Part shown: positions 1 to 15,000 of the stretch, one piece after another
How positions within the stretch are numbered: the first letter of the stretch is position 1
Layout: each line of letters begins with the position of its first letter
Made by a program: the position numbers and the translations under genes
NCBI GenBank assembly: GCA_046563655.1
Contig: JAJCTO010000009.1
Location: 558,001-622,000 of the forward strand
DNA length: 64,000 bases
Direction: 5' to 3'
Source of the DNA: Yuukianura sp. NJ FZ-2021
Lineage: Eukaryota
The notes under the pieces: generated by a model
What the model saw: the letters and a program-made list of their open reading frames with translations, nothing else
Told to the model about the DNA's origin: nothing
Databases searched by the model: none

Positions 1-3000
1 CTCGTCAAAAAACCACTCTCTTATTTTCGGACATGTAAAGTGGTTTTTACCTTAAAATCCCCGATCTGAAATTACATAGCCTAAAAGTAAAGATTTAACT
101 AAAAAAACGTGGCAAGACAAAATCCTGTTGTAGAACAGGCAAACAGTAAAGATTTAACTAAAAAAACGTGGCAAGACAAAATCCTGTTGTAGAACAGGCA
201 AACAGTGGAACTCAACATTACCTCTAAGGGCTCAAAATTTAGGATTTAAGCCGTAAAACTCGTCAAAAAACCACTCTCTTATTTTCGGACATGTAAAGTG
301 GTTTTTACCTTAAAATCCCCGATCTGAAATTACATAGCCTAAAAGTAAAGATTTAACTAAAAAAACGTGGCAAGACAAAATCCTGTTGTAGAACAGGCAA
401 ACAGTGGAACTCAACATTGCCTCTAAGGCCTCAAAATTTAGGATTTAAGCCGTAAAACTCGTCAAAAAACCACTCTCTTATTTTCGGACATGTAAAGTGG
501 TTTTTACCTTAAAATCCCCGATCTGAAATTACATAGCCTAAAAGTAAAGATTTAACTAAAAAAACGTGGCAAGACAAAATCCTGTTGTAGAACAGGCAAA
601 CAGTAAAGATTTAACTAAAAAAACGTGGCAAGACAAAATCCTGTTGTAGAACAGGCAAACAGTGGAACTCAACATTACCTCTAAGGGCTCAAAATTTAGG
701 ATTTAAGCCGTAAAACTCGTCAAAAAACCACTCTCTTATTTTCGGACATGTAAAGTGGTTTTTACCTTAAAATCCCCGATCTGAAATTACATAGCCTAAA
801 AGTAAAGATTTAACTAAAAAAACGTGGCAAGACAAAATCCTGTTGTAGAACAGGCAAACAGTAAAGATTTAACTAAAAAAACGTGGCAAGACAAAATCCT
901 GTTGTAGAACAGGCAAACAGTAAAGATTTAACTAAAAAAACGTGGCAAGACAAAAGCCTGTTGTAGAACAGGCAAACAGTGGAACTCAACATTGCCTCTA
1001 AGGCCTCAAAATTTAGGATTTAAGCCGTAAAACTCGTCAAAAAACCACTCTCTTATTTTCGGACATGTAAAGTGGTTTTTACCTTAAAATCCCCGATCTG
1101 AAATTACATAGCCTAAAAGTAAAGATTTAACTAAAAAAACGTGGCAAGACAAAATCCTGTTGTAGAACAGGCAAACAGTAAAGATTTAACTAAAAAAACG
1201 TGGCAAGACAAAATCCTGTTGTAGAACAGGCAAACAGTGGAACTCAACATTACCTCTAAGGGCTCAAAATTTAGGATTTAAGCCGTAAAACTCGTCAAAA
1301 AACCACTCTCTTATTTTCGGACATGTAAAGTGGTTTTTACCTTAAAATCCCCGATCTGAAATTACATAGCCTAAAAGTAAAGATTTAACTAAAAAAACGT
1401 GGCAAGACAAAATCCTGTTGTAGAACAGGCAAACAGTAAAGATTTAACTAAAAAAACGTGGTAAGACAAAATCCTGTTGTAGAACAGGCAAACAGTAAAG
1501 ATTTAACTAAAAAAACGTGGCAAGACAAAATCCTGTTGTAGAACAGGCAAACAGTGGAACTCAACATTGCCTCTAAGGCCTCAAAATTTAGGATTTAAGC
1601 CGTAAAACTCGTCAAAAAACCACTCTCTTATTTTCGGACATGTAAAGTGGTTTTTACCTTAAAATCCCCGATCTGAAATTACATAGCCTAAAAGTAAAGA
1701 TTTAACTAAAAAAACGTGGCAAGACAAAATCCTGTTGTAGAACAGGCAAACAGTAAAGATTTAACTAAAAAAACGTGGCAAGACAAAATCCTGTTGTAGA
1801 ACAGGCAAACAGTGGAACTCAACATTACCTCTAAGGGCTCAAAATTTAGGATTTAAGCCGTAAAACTCGTCAAAAAACCACTCTCTTATTTTCGGACATG
1901 TAAAGTGGTTTTTACCTTAAAATCCCCGATCTGAAATTACATAGCCTAAAAGTAAAGATTTAACTAAAAAAACGTGGCAAGACAAAATCCTGTTGTAGAA
2001 CAGGCAAACAGTAAAGATTTAACTAAAAAAACGTGGCAAGACAAAATCCTGTTGTAGAACAGGCAAACAGTGGAACTCAACATTACCTCTAAGGGCTCAA
2101 AATTTAGGATTTAAGCCGTAAAACTCGTCAAAAAACCACTCTCTTATTTTCGGACATGTAAAGTGGTTTTTACCTTAAAATCCCCGATCTGAAATTACAT
2201 AGCCTAAAAGTAAAGATTTAACTAAAAAAACGTGGCAAGACAAAATCCTGTTGTAGAACAGGCAAACAGTGGAACTCAACATTGCCTCTAAGGCCTCAAA
2301 ATTTAGGATTTAAGCCGTAAAACTCGTCAAAAAACCACTCTCTTATTTTCGGACATGTAAAGTGGTTTTTACCTTAAAATCCCCGATCTGAAATTACATA
2401 GCCTAAAAGTAAAGATTTAACTAAAAAAACGTGGCAAGACAAAATCCTGTTGTAGAACAGGCAAACAGTAAAGATTTAACTAAAAAAACGTGGCAAGACA
2501 AAATCCTGTTGTAGAACAGGCAAACAGTGGAACTCAACATTGCCTCTAAGGCCTCAAAATTTAGGATTTAAGCCGTAAAACTCGTCAAAAAACCACTCTC
2601 TTATTTTCGGACATGTAAAGTGGTTTTTACCTTAAAATCCCCGATCTGAAATTACATAGCCTAAAAGTAAAGATTTAACTAAAAAAACGTGGCAAGACAA
2701 AATCCTGTTGTAGAACAGGCAAACAGTAAAGATTTAACTAAAAAAACGTGGCAAGACAAAATCCTGTTGTAGAACAGGCAAACAGTGGAACTCAACATTA
2801 CCTCTAAGGGCTCAAAATTTAGGATTTAAGCCGTAAAACTCGTCAAAAAACCACTCTCTTATTTTCGGACATGTAAAGTGGTTTTTACCTTAAAATCCCC
2901 GATCTGAAATTACATAGCCTAAAAGTAAAGATTTAACTAAAAAAACGTGGCAAGACAAAATCCTGTTGTAGAACAGGCAAACAGTAAAGATTTAACTAAA

Positions 3001-6000
3001 AAAACGTGGTAAGACAAAATCCTGTTGTAGAACAGGCAAACAGTAAAGATTTAACTAAAAAAACGTGGCAAGACAAAATCCTGTTGTAGAACAGGCAAAC
3101 AGTGGAACTCAACATTGCCTCTAAGGCCTCAAAATTTAGGATTTAAGCCGTAAAACTCGTCAAAAAACCACTCTCTTATTTTCGGACATGTAAAGTGGTT
3201 TTTACCTTAAAATCCCCGATCTGAAATTACATAGCCTAAAAGTAAAGATTTAACTAAAAAAACGTGGCAAGACAAAATCCTGTTGTAGAACAGGCAAACA
3301 GTGGAACTCAACATTGCCTCTAAGGCCTCAAAATTTAGGATTTAAGCCGTAAAACTCGTCAAAAAACCACTCTCTTATTTTCGGACATGTAAAGTGGTTT
3401 TTACCTTAAAATCCCCGATCTGAAATTACATATTCTAAAAGTAAAGATTTAACTAAAAAAAACGTGGCAAGACAAAATCCTGTTGTAGAACAGGCAAACA
3501 GTGGAACTCAACATTACCTCTAAGGGCTCAAAATTTAGGATTTAAGCCGTAAAACTCGTCAAAAAACCACTCTCTTATTTTCGGACATGTAAAGTGGTTT
3601 TTACCTTAAAATCCCCGATCTGAAATTACATAGCCTAAAAGTAAAGATTTAACTAAAAAAACGTGGCAAGACAAAATCCTGTTGTAGAACAGGCAAACAG
3701 TAAAGATTTAACTAAAAAAACGTGGCAAGACAAAATCCTGTTGTAGAACAGGCAAACAGTGGAACTCAACATTACCTCTAAGGGCTCAAAATTTAGGATT
3801 TAAGCCGTAAAACTCGTCAAAAAACCACTCTCTTATTTTCGGACATGTAAAGTGGTTTTTACCTTTAAATCCCCGATCTGAAATTACATAGCCTAAAAGT
3901 AAAGATTTAACTAAAAAAACGTGGCAAGACAAAATCCTGTTGTAGAACAGGCAAACAGTGGAACTCAACATTGCCTCTAAGGCCTCAAAATTTAGGATTT
4001 AAGCCGTAAAACTCGTCAAAAAACCACTCTCTTATTTTCGGACATGTAAAGTGGTTTTTACCTTAAAATCCCCGATCTGAAATTACATAGCCTAAAAGTA
4101 AAGATTTAACTAAAAAAACGTGGCAAGACAAAATCCTGTTGTAGAACAGGCAAACAGTAAAGATTTAACTAAAAAAACGTGGCAAGACAAAATCCTGTTG
4201 TAGAACAGGCAAACAGTGGAACTCAACATTGCCTCTAAGGCCTCAAAATTTAGGATTTAAGCCGTAAAACTCGTCAAAAAACCACTCTATTATTTTCGGA
4301 CATGTAAAGTGGTTTTTACCTTAAAATCCCCGATCTGAAATTACATAGCCTAAAAGTAAAGATTTAACTAAAAAAACGTGGCAAGACAAAATCCTGTTGT
4401 AGAACAGGCAAACAGTGGAACTCAACATTGCCTCTAAGGCCTCAAAATTTAGGATTTAAGCCGTAAAACTCGTCAAAAAACCACTCTCTTATTTTCGGAC
4501 ATGTAAAGTGGTTTTTACCTTAAAATCCCCGATCTGAAATTACATAGCCTAAAAGTAAAGATTTAACTAAAAAAACGTGGCAAGACAAAATCCTGTTGTA
4601 GAACAGGCAAACAGTAAAGATTTAACTAAAAAAACGTGGTAAGACAAAATCCTGTTGCAGAACAGGCAAACAGTGGAACTCAACATTGCCTCTAAGGGCT
4701 CAAAATTTAGGATTTAAGCCGTAAAACTCGTCAAAAAACCACTCTTTTATTTTCGGACATGTAAAGTGGTTTTTACCTTTAAATCCCCGATCTGAAATTA
4801 CATAGCCTAAAAGTAAAGATTTAACTAAAAAAACGTGGCAAGACAAAATCCTGTTGTAGAACAGGCAAACAGTGGAACTCAACATTGCCTCTAAGGCCTC
4901 AAAATTTAGGATTTAAGCCGTAAAACTCGTCAAAAAACCACTCTCTTATTTTCGGACATGTAAAGTGGTTTTTACCTTAAAATCCCCGATCTGAAATTAC
5001 ATAGCCTAAAAGTAAAGATTTAACTAAAAAAACGTGGCAAGACAAAATCCTGTTGTAGAACAGGCAAACAGTAAAGATTTAACTAAAAAAACGTGGCAAG
5101 ACAAAATCCTGTTGTAGAACAGGCAAACAGTGGAACTCAACATTACCTCTAAGGGCTCAAAATTTAGGATTTAAGCCGTAAAACTCGTCAAAAAACCACT
5201 CTCTTATTTTCGGACATGTAAAGTGGTTTTTACCTTAAAATCCCCGATCTGAAATTACATAGCCTAAAAGTAAAGATTTAACTAAAAAAACGTGGCAAGA
5301 CAAAATCCTGTTGTAGAACAGGCAAACAGTGGAACTCAACATTGCCTCTAAGGCCTCAAAATTTAGGATTTAAGCCGTAAAACTCGTCAAAAAACCACTC
5401 TCTTATTTTCGGACATGTAAAGTGGTTTTTACCTTAAAATCCCCGATCTGAAATTACATAGCCTAAAAGTAAAGATTTAACTAAAAAAACGTGGCAAGAC
5501 AAAATCCTGTTGTAGAACAGGCAAACAGTAAAGATTTAACTAAAAAAACGTGGCAAGACAAAATCCTGTTGTAGAACAGGCAAACAGTGGAACTCAACAT
5601 TGCCTCTAAGGCCTCAAAATTTAGGATTTAAGCCGTAAAACTCGTCAAAAAACCACTCTCTTATTTTCGGACATGTAAAGTGGTTTTTACCTTAAAATCC
5701 CCGATCTGAAATTACATAGCCTAAAAGTAAAGATTTAACTAAAAAAACGTGGCAAGACAAAATCCTGTTGTAGAACAGGCAAACAGTAAAGATTTAACTA
5801 AAAAAACGTGGTAAGACAAAATCCTGTTGTAGAACAGGCAAACAGTAAAGATTTAACTAAAAAAACGTGGCAAGACAAAATCCTGTTGTAGAACAGGCAA
5901 ACAGTGGAACTCAACATTGCCTCTAAGGCCTCAAAATTTAGGATTTAAGCCGTAAAACTCGTCAAAAAACCACTCTCTTATTTTCGGACATGTAAAGTGG

Positions 6001-9000
6001 TTTTTACCTTAAAATCCCCGATCTGAAATTACATAGCCTAAAAGTAAAGATTTAACTAAAAAAACGTGGCAAGACAAAATCCTGTTGTAGAACAGGCAAA
6101 CAGTAAAGATTTAACTAAAAAAACGTGGTAAGACAAAATCCTGTTGTAGAACAGGCAAACAGTAAAGATTTAACTAAAAAAACGTGGCAAGACAAAATCC
6201 TGTTGTAGAACAGGCAAACAGTGGAACTCAACATTGCCTCTAAGGCCTCAAAATTTAGGATTTAAGCCGTAAAACTCGTCAAAAAACCACTCTCTTATTT
6301 TCGGACATGTAAAGTGGTTTTTACCTTAAAATCCCCGATCTGAAATTACATAGCCTAAAAGTAAAGATTTAACTAAAAAAACGTGGCAAGACAAAATCCT
6401 GTTGTAGAACAGGCAAACAGTAAAGATTTAACTAAAAAAACGTGGCAAGACAAAATCCTGTTGTAGAACAGGCAAACAGTGGAACTCAACATTGCCTCTA
6501 AGGCCTCAAAATTTAGGATTTAAGCCGTAAAACTCGTCAAAAAACCACTCTCTTATTTTCGGACATGTAAAGTGGTTTTTACCTTAAAATCCCCGATCTG
6601 AAATTACATAGCCTAAAAGTAAAGATTTAACTAAAAAAACGTGGCAAGACAAAATCCTGTTGTAGAACAGGCAAACAGTGGAACTCAACATTGCCTCTAA
6701 GGCCTCAAAATTTAGGATTTAAGCCGTAAAACTCGTCAAAAAACCACTCTCTTATTTTCGGACATGTAAAGTGGTTTTTACCTTAAAATCCCCGATCTGA
6801 AATTACATAGCCTAAAAGTAAAGATTTAACTAAAAAAACGTGGCAAGACAAAATCCTGTTGTAGAACAGGCAAACAGTAAAGATTTAACTAAAAAAACGT
6901 GGCAAGACAAAATCCTGTTGTAGAACAGGCAAACAGTGGAACTCAACATTGCCTCTAAGGCCTCAAAATTTAGGATTTAAGCCGTAAAACTCGTCAAAAA
7001 ACCACTCTATTATTTTCGGACATGTAAAGTGGTTTTTACCTTAAAATCCCCGATCTGAAATTACATAGCCTAAAAGTAAAGATTTAACTAAAAAAACGTG
7101 GCAAGACAAAATCCTGTTGTAGAACAGGCAAACAGTGGAACTCAACATTGCCTCTAAGGCCTCAAAATTTAGGATTTAAGCCGTAAAACTCGTCAAAAAA
7201 CCACTCTCTTATTTTCGGACATGTAAAGTGGTTTTTACCTTAAAATCCCCGATCTGAAATTACATAGCCTAAAAGTAAAGATTTAACTAAAAAAACGTGG
7301 CAAGACAAAATCCTGTTGTAGAACAGGCAAACAGTAAAGATTTAACTAAAAAAACGTGGCAAGACAAAATCCTGTTGTAGAACAGGCAAACAGTGGAACT
7401 CAACATTGCCTCTAAGGCCTCAAAATTTAGGATTTAAGCCGTAAAACTCGTCAAAAAACCACTCTCTTATTTTCGGACATGTAAAGTGGTTTTTACCTTA
7501 AAATCCCCGATCTGAAATTACATAGCCTAAAAGTAAAGATTTAACTAAAAAAACGTGGCAAGACAAAATCCTGTTGTAGAACAGGCAAACAGTGGAACTC
7601 AACATTGCCTCTAAGGCCTCAAAATTTAGGATTTAAGCCGTAAAACTCGTCAAAAAACCACTCTCTTATTTTCGGACATGTAAAGTGGTTTTTACCTTAA
7701 AATCCCCGATCTGAAATTACATAGCCTAAAAGTAAAGATTTAACTAAAAAAACGTGGCAAGACAAAATCCTGTTGTAGAACAGGCAAACAGTAAAGATTT
7801 AACTAAAAAAACGTGGTAAGACAAAATCCTGTTGTAGAACAGGCAAACAGTAAAGATTTAACTAAAAAAACGTGGCAAGACAAAATCCTGTTGTAGAACA
7901 GGCAAACAGTGGAACTCAACATTGCCTCTAAGGCCTCAAAATTTAGGATTTAAGCCGTAAAACTCGTCAAAAAACCACTCTCTTATTTTCGGACATGTAA
8001 AGTGGTTTTTACTTAAAATCCCCGATCTGAAATTACATAGCCTAAAAGTAAAGATTTAACTAAAAAAACGTGGCAAGACAAAATCCTGTTGTAGAACAGG
8101 CAAACAGTAAAGATTTAACTAAAAAAACGTGGCAAGACAAAATCCTGTTGTAGAACAGGCAAACAGTGGAACTCAACATTACCTCTAAGGGCTCAAAATT
8201 TAGGATTTAAGCCGTAAAACTCGTCAAAAAACCACTCTCTTATTTTCGGACATGTAAAGTGGTTTTTACCTTAAAATCCCCGATCTGAAATTACATAGCC
8301 TAAAAGTAAAGATTTAACTAAAAAAACGTGGCAAGACAAAATCCTGTTGTAGAACAGGCAAACAGTGGAACTCAACATTGCCTCTAAGGCCTCAAAATTT
8401 AGGATTTAAGCCGTAAAACTCGTCAAAAAACCACTCTCTTATTTTCGGACATGTAAAGTGGTTTTTACCTTAAAATCCCCGATCTGAAATTACATAGCCT
8501 AAAAGTAAAGATTTAACTAAAAAAACGTGGCAAGACAAAATCCTGTTGTAGAACAGGCAAACAGTAAAGATTTAACTAAAAAAACGTGGCAAGACAAAAT
8601 CCTGTTGTAGAACAGGCAAACAGTAAAGATTTAACTAAAAAAACGTGGCAAGACAAAATCCTGTTGTAGAACAGGCAAACAGTGGAACTCAACATTACCT
8701 CTAAGGGCTCAAAATTTAGGATTTAAGCCGTAAAACTCGTCAAAAAACCACTCTCTTATTTTCGGACATGTAAAGTGGTTTTTACTTAAAATCCCCGATC
8801 TGAAATTACATAGCCTAAAAGTAAAGATTTAACTAAAAAAACGTGGCAAGACAAAATCCTGTTGTAGAACAGGCAAACAGTAAAGATTTAACTAAAAAAA
8901 CGTGGCAAGACAAAATCCTGTTGTAGAACAGGCAAACAGTGGAACTCAACATTACCTCTAAGGGCTCAAAATTTAGGATTTAAGCCGTAAAACTCGTCAA

Positions 9001-12000
9001 AAAACCACTCTCTTATTTTCGGACATGTAAAGTGGTTTTTACCTTTAAATCCCCGATCTGAAATTACATATTCTAAAAGTAAAGATTTAACTAAAAAAAC
9101 GTGGCAACACAAAATCCTGTTGTAGCACAGGCAAACAGTGGAACTCAACATTGCCTCCAAGGCCTCAAAATTTAGGATTTAAGCCGTAAAACTCGTCAAA
9201 AAACCACTCTATTATTTTCGGACATGTAAAGTGGTTTTTACCTTAAAATCCCCGATCTGAAATTACATATTCTAAAAGTAAAGATTTAACTAAAAAAACG
9301 TGGCAAGACAAAATCCTGTTGTAGAACAGGCAAACAGTAAAGATTTAACTAAAAAAACGTGGCAAGACAAAATCCTGTTGTAGAACAGGCAAACAGTGGA
9401 ACTCAACATTACCTCTAAGGGCTCAAAATTTAGGATTTAAGCCGTAAAACTCGTCAAAAAACCACTCTCTTATTTTCGGACATGTAAAGTGGTTTTTACC
9501 TTAAAATCCCCGATCTGAAATTACATAGCCTAAAAGTAAAGATTTAACTAAAAAAACGTGGCAAGACAAAATCCTGTTGTAGAACAGGCAAACAGTAAAG
9601 ATTTAACTAAAAAAACGTGGTAAGACAAAATGCTGTTGTAGAACAGGCAAACAGTAAAGATTTAACTAAAAAAACGTGGCAAGACAAAATCCTGTTGTAG
9701 AACAGGCAAACAGTGGAACTCAACATTGCCTCTAAGGCCTCAAAATTTAGGATTTAAGCCGTAAAACTCGTCAAAAAACCACTCTCTTATTTTCGGACAT
9801 GTAAAGTGGTTTTTACCTTAAAATCCCCGATCTGAAATTACATAGCCTAAAAGTAAAGATTTAACTAAAAAAACGTGGCAAGACAAAATCCTGTTGTAGA
9901 ACAGGCAAACAGTAAAGATTTAACTAAAAAAACGTGGCAAGACAAAATCCTGTTGTAGAACAGGCAAACAGTGGAACTCAACATTACCTCTAAGGGCTCA
10001 AAATTTAGGATTTAAGCCGTAAAACTCGTCAAAAAACCACTCTCTTATTTTCGGACATGTAAAGTGGTTTTTACCTTAAAATCCCCGATCTGAAATTACA
10101 TAGCCTAAAAGTAAAGATTTAACTAAAAAAACGTGGCAAGACAAAATCCTGTTGTAGAACAGGCAAACAGTAAAGATTTAACTAAAAAAACGTGGTAAGA
10201 CAAAATGCTGTTGTAGAACAGGCAAACAGTAAAGATTTAACTAAAAAAACGTGGCAAGACAAAATCCTGTTGTAGAACAGGCAAACAGTGGAACTCAACA
10301 TTGCCTCTAAGGCCTCAAAATTTAGGATTTAAGCCGTAAAACTCGTCAAAAAACCACTCTCTTATTTTCGGACATGTAAAGTGGTTTTTACCTTAAAATC
10401 CCCGATCTGAAATTACATAGCCTAAAAGTAAAGATTTAACTAAAAAAACGTGGCAAGACAAAATCCTGTTGTAGAACAGGCAAACAGTAAAGATTTAACT
10501 AAAAAAACGTGGCAAGACAAAATCCTGTTGTAGAACAGGCAAACAGTGGAACTCAACATTACCTCTAAGGGCTCAAAATTTAGGATTTAAGCCGTAAAAC
10601 TCGTCAAAAAACCACTCTCTTATTTTCGGACATGTAAAGTGGTTTTTACTTAAAATCCCCGATCTGAAATTACATAGCCTAAAAGTAAAGATTTAACTAA
10701 AAAAACGTGGCAAGACAAAATCCTGTTGTAGAACAGGCAAACAGTAAAGATTTAACTAAAAAAACGTGGCAAGACAAAATCCTGTTGTAGAACAGGCAAA
10801 CAGTGGAACTCAACATTACCTCTAAGGGCTCAAAATTTAGGATTTAAGCCGTAAAACTCGTCAAAAAACCACTCTCTTATTTTCGGACATGTAAAGTGGT
10901 TTTTACCTTTAAATCCCCGATCTGAAATTACATAGCCTAAAAGTAAAGATTTAACTAAAAAAACGTGGCAAGACAAAATCCTGTTGTAGAACAGGCAAAC
11001 AGTGGAACTCAACATTGCCTCTAAGGCCTCAAAATTTAGGATTTAAGCCGTAAAACTCGTCAAAAAACCACTCTCTTATTTTCGGACATGTAAAGTGGTT
11101 TTTACCTTAAAATCCCCGATCTGAAATTACATAGCCTAAAAGTAAAGATTTAACTAAAAAAACGTGGCAAGACAAAATCCTGTTGTAGAACAGGCAAACA
11201 GTAAAGATTTAACTAAAAAAACGTGGCAAGACAAAATCCTGTTGTAGAACAGGCAAACAGTGGAACTCAACATTGCCTCTAAGGCCTCAAAATTTAGGAT
11301 TTAAGCCGTAAAACTCGTCAAAAAACCACTCTCTTATTTTCGGACATGTAAAGTGGTTTTTACCTTAAAATCCCCGATCTGAAATTACATAGCCTAAAAG
11401 TAAAGATTTAACTAAAAAAACGTGGCAAGACAAAATCCTGTTGTAGAACAGGCAAACAGTAAAGATTTAACTAAAAAAACGTGGCAAGACAAAATCCTGT
11501 TGTAGAACAGGCAAACAGTGGAACTCAACATTACCTCTAAGGGCTCAAAATTTAGGATTTAAGCCGTAAAACTCGTCAAAAAACCACTCTCTTATTTTCG
11601 GACATGTAAAGTGGTTTTTACCTTAAAATCCCCGATCTGAAATTACAAAGCCTAAAAGTAAAGATTTAACTAAAAAAACGTGGCAAGACCAAATCCTGTT
11701 GTAGAACAGGCAAACAGTAAAGATTTAACTAAAAAAACGTGGTAAGACAAAATGCTGTTGTAGAACAGGCAAACAGTAAAGATTTAACTAAAAAAACGTG
11801 GCAAGACAAAATCCTGTTGTAGAACAGGCAAACAGTGGAACTCAACATTGCCTCTAAGGCCTCAAAATTTAGGATTTAAGCCGTAAAACTCGTCAAAAAA
11901 CCACTCTCTTATTTTCGGACATGTAAAGTGGTTTTTACCTTTAAATCCCCGATCTGAAATTACATAGCCTAAAAGTAAAGATTTAACTAAAAAAACGTGG

Positions 12001-15000
12001 CAAGACAAAATCCTGTTGTAGAACAGGCAAACAGTGGAACTCAACATTGCCTCTAAGGCCTCAAAATTTAGGATTTAAGCCGTAAAACTCGTCAAAAAAC
12101 CACTCTCTTATTTTCGGACATGTAAAGTGGTTTTTACCTTAAAATCCCCGATCTGAAATTACATAGCCTAAAAGTAAAGATTTAACTAAAAAAACGTGGC
12201 AAGACAAAATCCTGTTGTAGAACAGGCAAACAGTGGAACTCAACATTACCTCTAAGGGCTCAAAATTTAGGATTTAAGCCGTAAAACTCGTCAAAAAACC
12301 AGTCTCTTATTTTCGGACATGTAAAGTGGTTTTTACCTTAAAATCCCCGATCTGAAATTACATAGCCTAAAAGTAAAGATTTAACTAAAAAAACGTGGCA
12401 AGACAAAATCCTGTTGTAGAACAGGCAAACAGTAAAGATTTAACTAAAAAAACGTGGCAAGACAAAATCCTGTTGTAGAACAGGCAAACAGTGGAACTCA
12501 ACATTACCTCTAAGGGCTCAAAATTTAGGATTTAAGCCTTCAAACTCATCAAAAAACCAGCCTCTTATTTTTTGACATGTAAAGTGGTTTTTACCTTTAA
12601 ATCCCCGATCTGAAATTACATAGCCTAAAAGTAAAGATTTAACTAAAAAAACGTGGCAAGACAAAATCCTGTTGTAGAACAGGCAAACAGTGGAACTCAA
12701 CATTGCCTCTAAGGCCTCAAAATTTAGGATTTAAGCCGTAAAACTCGTCAAAAAACCACTCTCTTATTTTCGGACATGTAAAGTGGTTTTTACCTTAAAA
12801 TCCCCGATCTGAAATTACATAGCCTAAAAGTAAAGATTTAACTAAAAAAACGTGGCAAGACAAAATCCTGTTGTAGAACAGGCAAACAGTAAAGATTTAA
12901 CTAAAAAAACGTGGCAAGACAAAATCCTGTTGTAGAACAGGCAAACAGTGGAACTCAACATTGCCTCTAAGGCCTCAAAATTTAGGATTTAAGCCGTAAA
13001 ACTCGTCAAAAAACCACTCTATTATTTTCGGACATGTAAAGTGGTTTTTACCTTAAAATCCCCGATCTGAAATTACATAGCCTAAAAGTAAAGATTTAAC
13101 TAAAAAAACGTGGCAAGACAAAATCCTGTTGTAGAACAGGCAAACAGTGGAACTCAACATTGCCTCTAAGGCCTCAAAATTTAGGATTTAAGCCGTAAAA
13201 CTCGTCAAAAAACCACTCTCTTATTTTCGGACATGTAAAGTGGTTTTTACCTTAAAATCCCCGATCTGAAATTACATAGCCTAAAAGTAAAGATTTAACT
13301 AAAAAAACGTGGCAAGACAAAATCCTGTTGTAGAACAGGCAAACAGTAAAGATTTAACTAAAAAAACGTGGTAAGACAAAATCCTGTTGTAGAACAGGCA
13401 AACAGTAAAGATTTAACTAAAAAAACGTGGCAAGACAAAATCCTGTTGTAGAACAGGCAAACAGTGGAACTCAACATTGCCTCTAAGGCCTCAAAATTTA
13501 GGATTTAAGCCGTAAAACTCGTCAAAAAACCACTCTCTTATTTTCGGACATGTAAAGTGGTTTTTACCTTAAAATCCCCGATCTGAAATTACATAGCCTA
13601 AAAGTAAAGATTTAACTAAAAAAACGTGGCAAGACAAAATCCTGTTGTAGAACAGGCAAACAGTAAAGATTTAACTAAAAAAACGTGGCAAGACAAAATC
13701 CTGTTGTAGAACAGGCAAACAGTGGAACTCAACATTACCTCTAAGGGCTCAAAATTTAGGATTTAAGCCGTAAAACTCGTCAAAAAACCACTCTCTTATT
13801 TTCGGACATGTAAAGTGGTTTTTACCTTAAAATCCCCGATCTGAAATTACATAGCCTAAAAGTAAAGATTTAACTAAAAAAACGTGGCAAGACAAAATCC
13901 TGTTGTAGAACAGGCAAACAGTGGAACTCAACATTGCCTCTAAGGCCTCAAAATTTAGGATTTAAGCCGTAAAACTCGTCAAAAAACCACTCTCTTATTT
14001 TCGGACATGTAAAGTGGTTTTTACCTTAAAATCCCCGATCTGAAATTACATAGCCTAAAAGTAAAGATTTAACTAAAAAAACGTGGCAAGACAAAATCCT
14101 GTTGTAGAACAGGCAAACAGTAAAGATTTAACTAAAAAAACGTGGCAAGACAAAATCCTGTTGTAGAACAGGCAAACAGTGGAACTCAACATTACCTCTA
14201 AGGGCTCAAAATTTAGGATTTAAGCCGTAAAACTCGTCAAAAAACCACTCTCTTATTTTCGGACATGTAAAGTGGTTTTTACCTTTAAATCCCCGATCTG
14301 AAATTACATAGCCTAAAAGTAAAGATTTAACTAAAAAAACGTGGCAAGACAAAATCCTGTTGTAGAACAGGCAAACAGTAAAGATTTAACTAAAAAAACG
14401 TGGTAAGACAAAATCCTGTTGCAGAACAGGCAAACAGTGGAACTCAACATTGCCTCTAAGGGCTCAAAATTTAGGATTTAAGCCTTCAAACTTACCAAAA
14501 AACCAGCCTCTTATTTTTTGACATGTAAAGTGGTTTTTACCTTTAAATCCCCGATCTGAAATTACATAGCCTAAAAGTAAAGATTTAACTAAAAAAACGT
14601 GGCAAGACAAAATCCTGTTGTAGAACAGGCAAACAGTGGAACTCAACATTGCCTCTAAGGCCTCAAAATTTAGGATTTAAGCCGTAAAACTCGTCAAAAA
14701 ACCACTCTCTTATTTTCGGACATGTAAAGTGGTTTTTACCTTAAAATCCCCGATCTGAAATTACATAGCCTAAAAGTAAAGATTTAACTAAAAAAACGTG
14801 GCAAGACAAAATCCTGTTGTAGAACAGGCAAACAGTAAAGATTTAACTAAAAAAACGTGGCAAGACAAAATCCTGTTGTAGAACAAGCAAACAGTGGAAC
14901 TCAACATTACCTCTAAGGGCTCAAAATTTAGGATTTAAGCCGTAAAACTCGTCAAAAAACCACTCTCTTATTTTCGGACATGTAAAGTGGTTTTTACCTT

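Noticed and set aside
231..430. CENP-B box or telomeric repeat in the monomer
   Set aside because: No convincing match to the CENP-B box consensus. TTAGG occurs only as isolated single copies.
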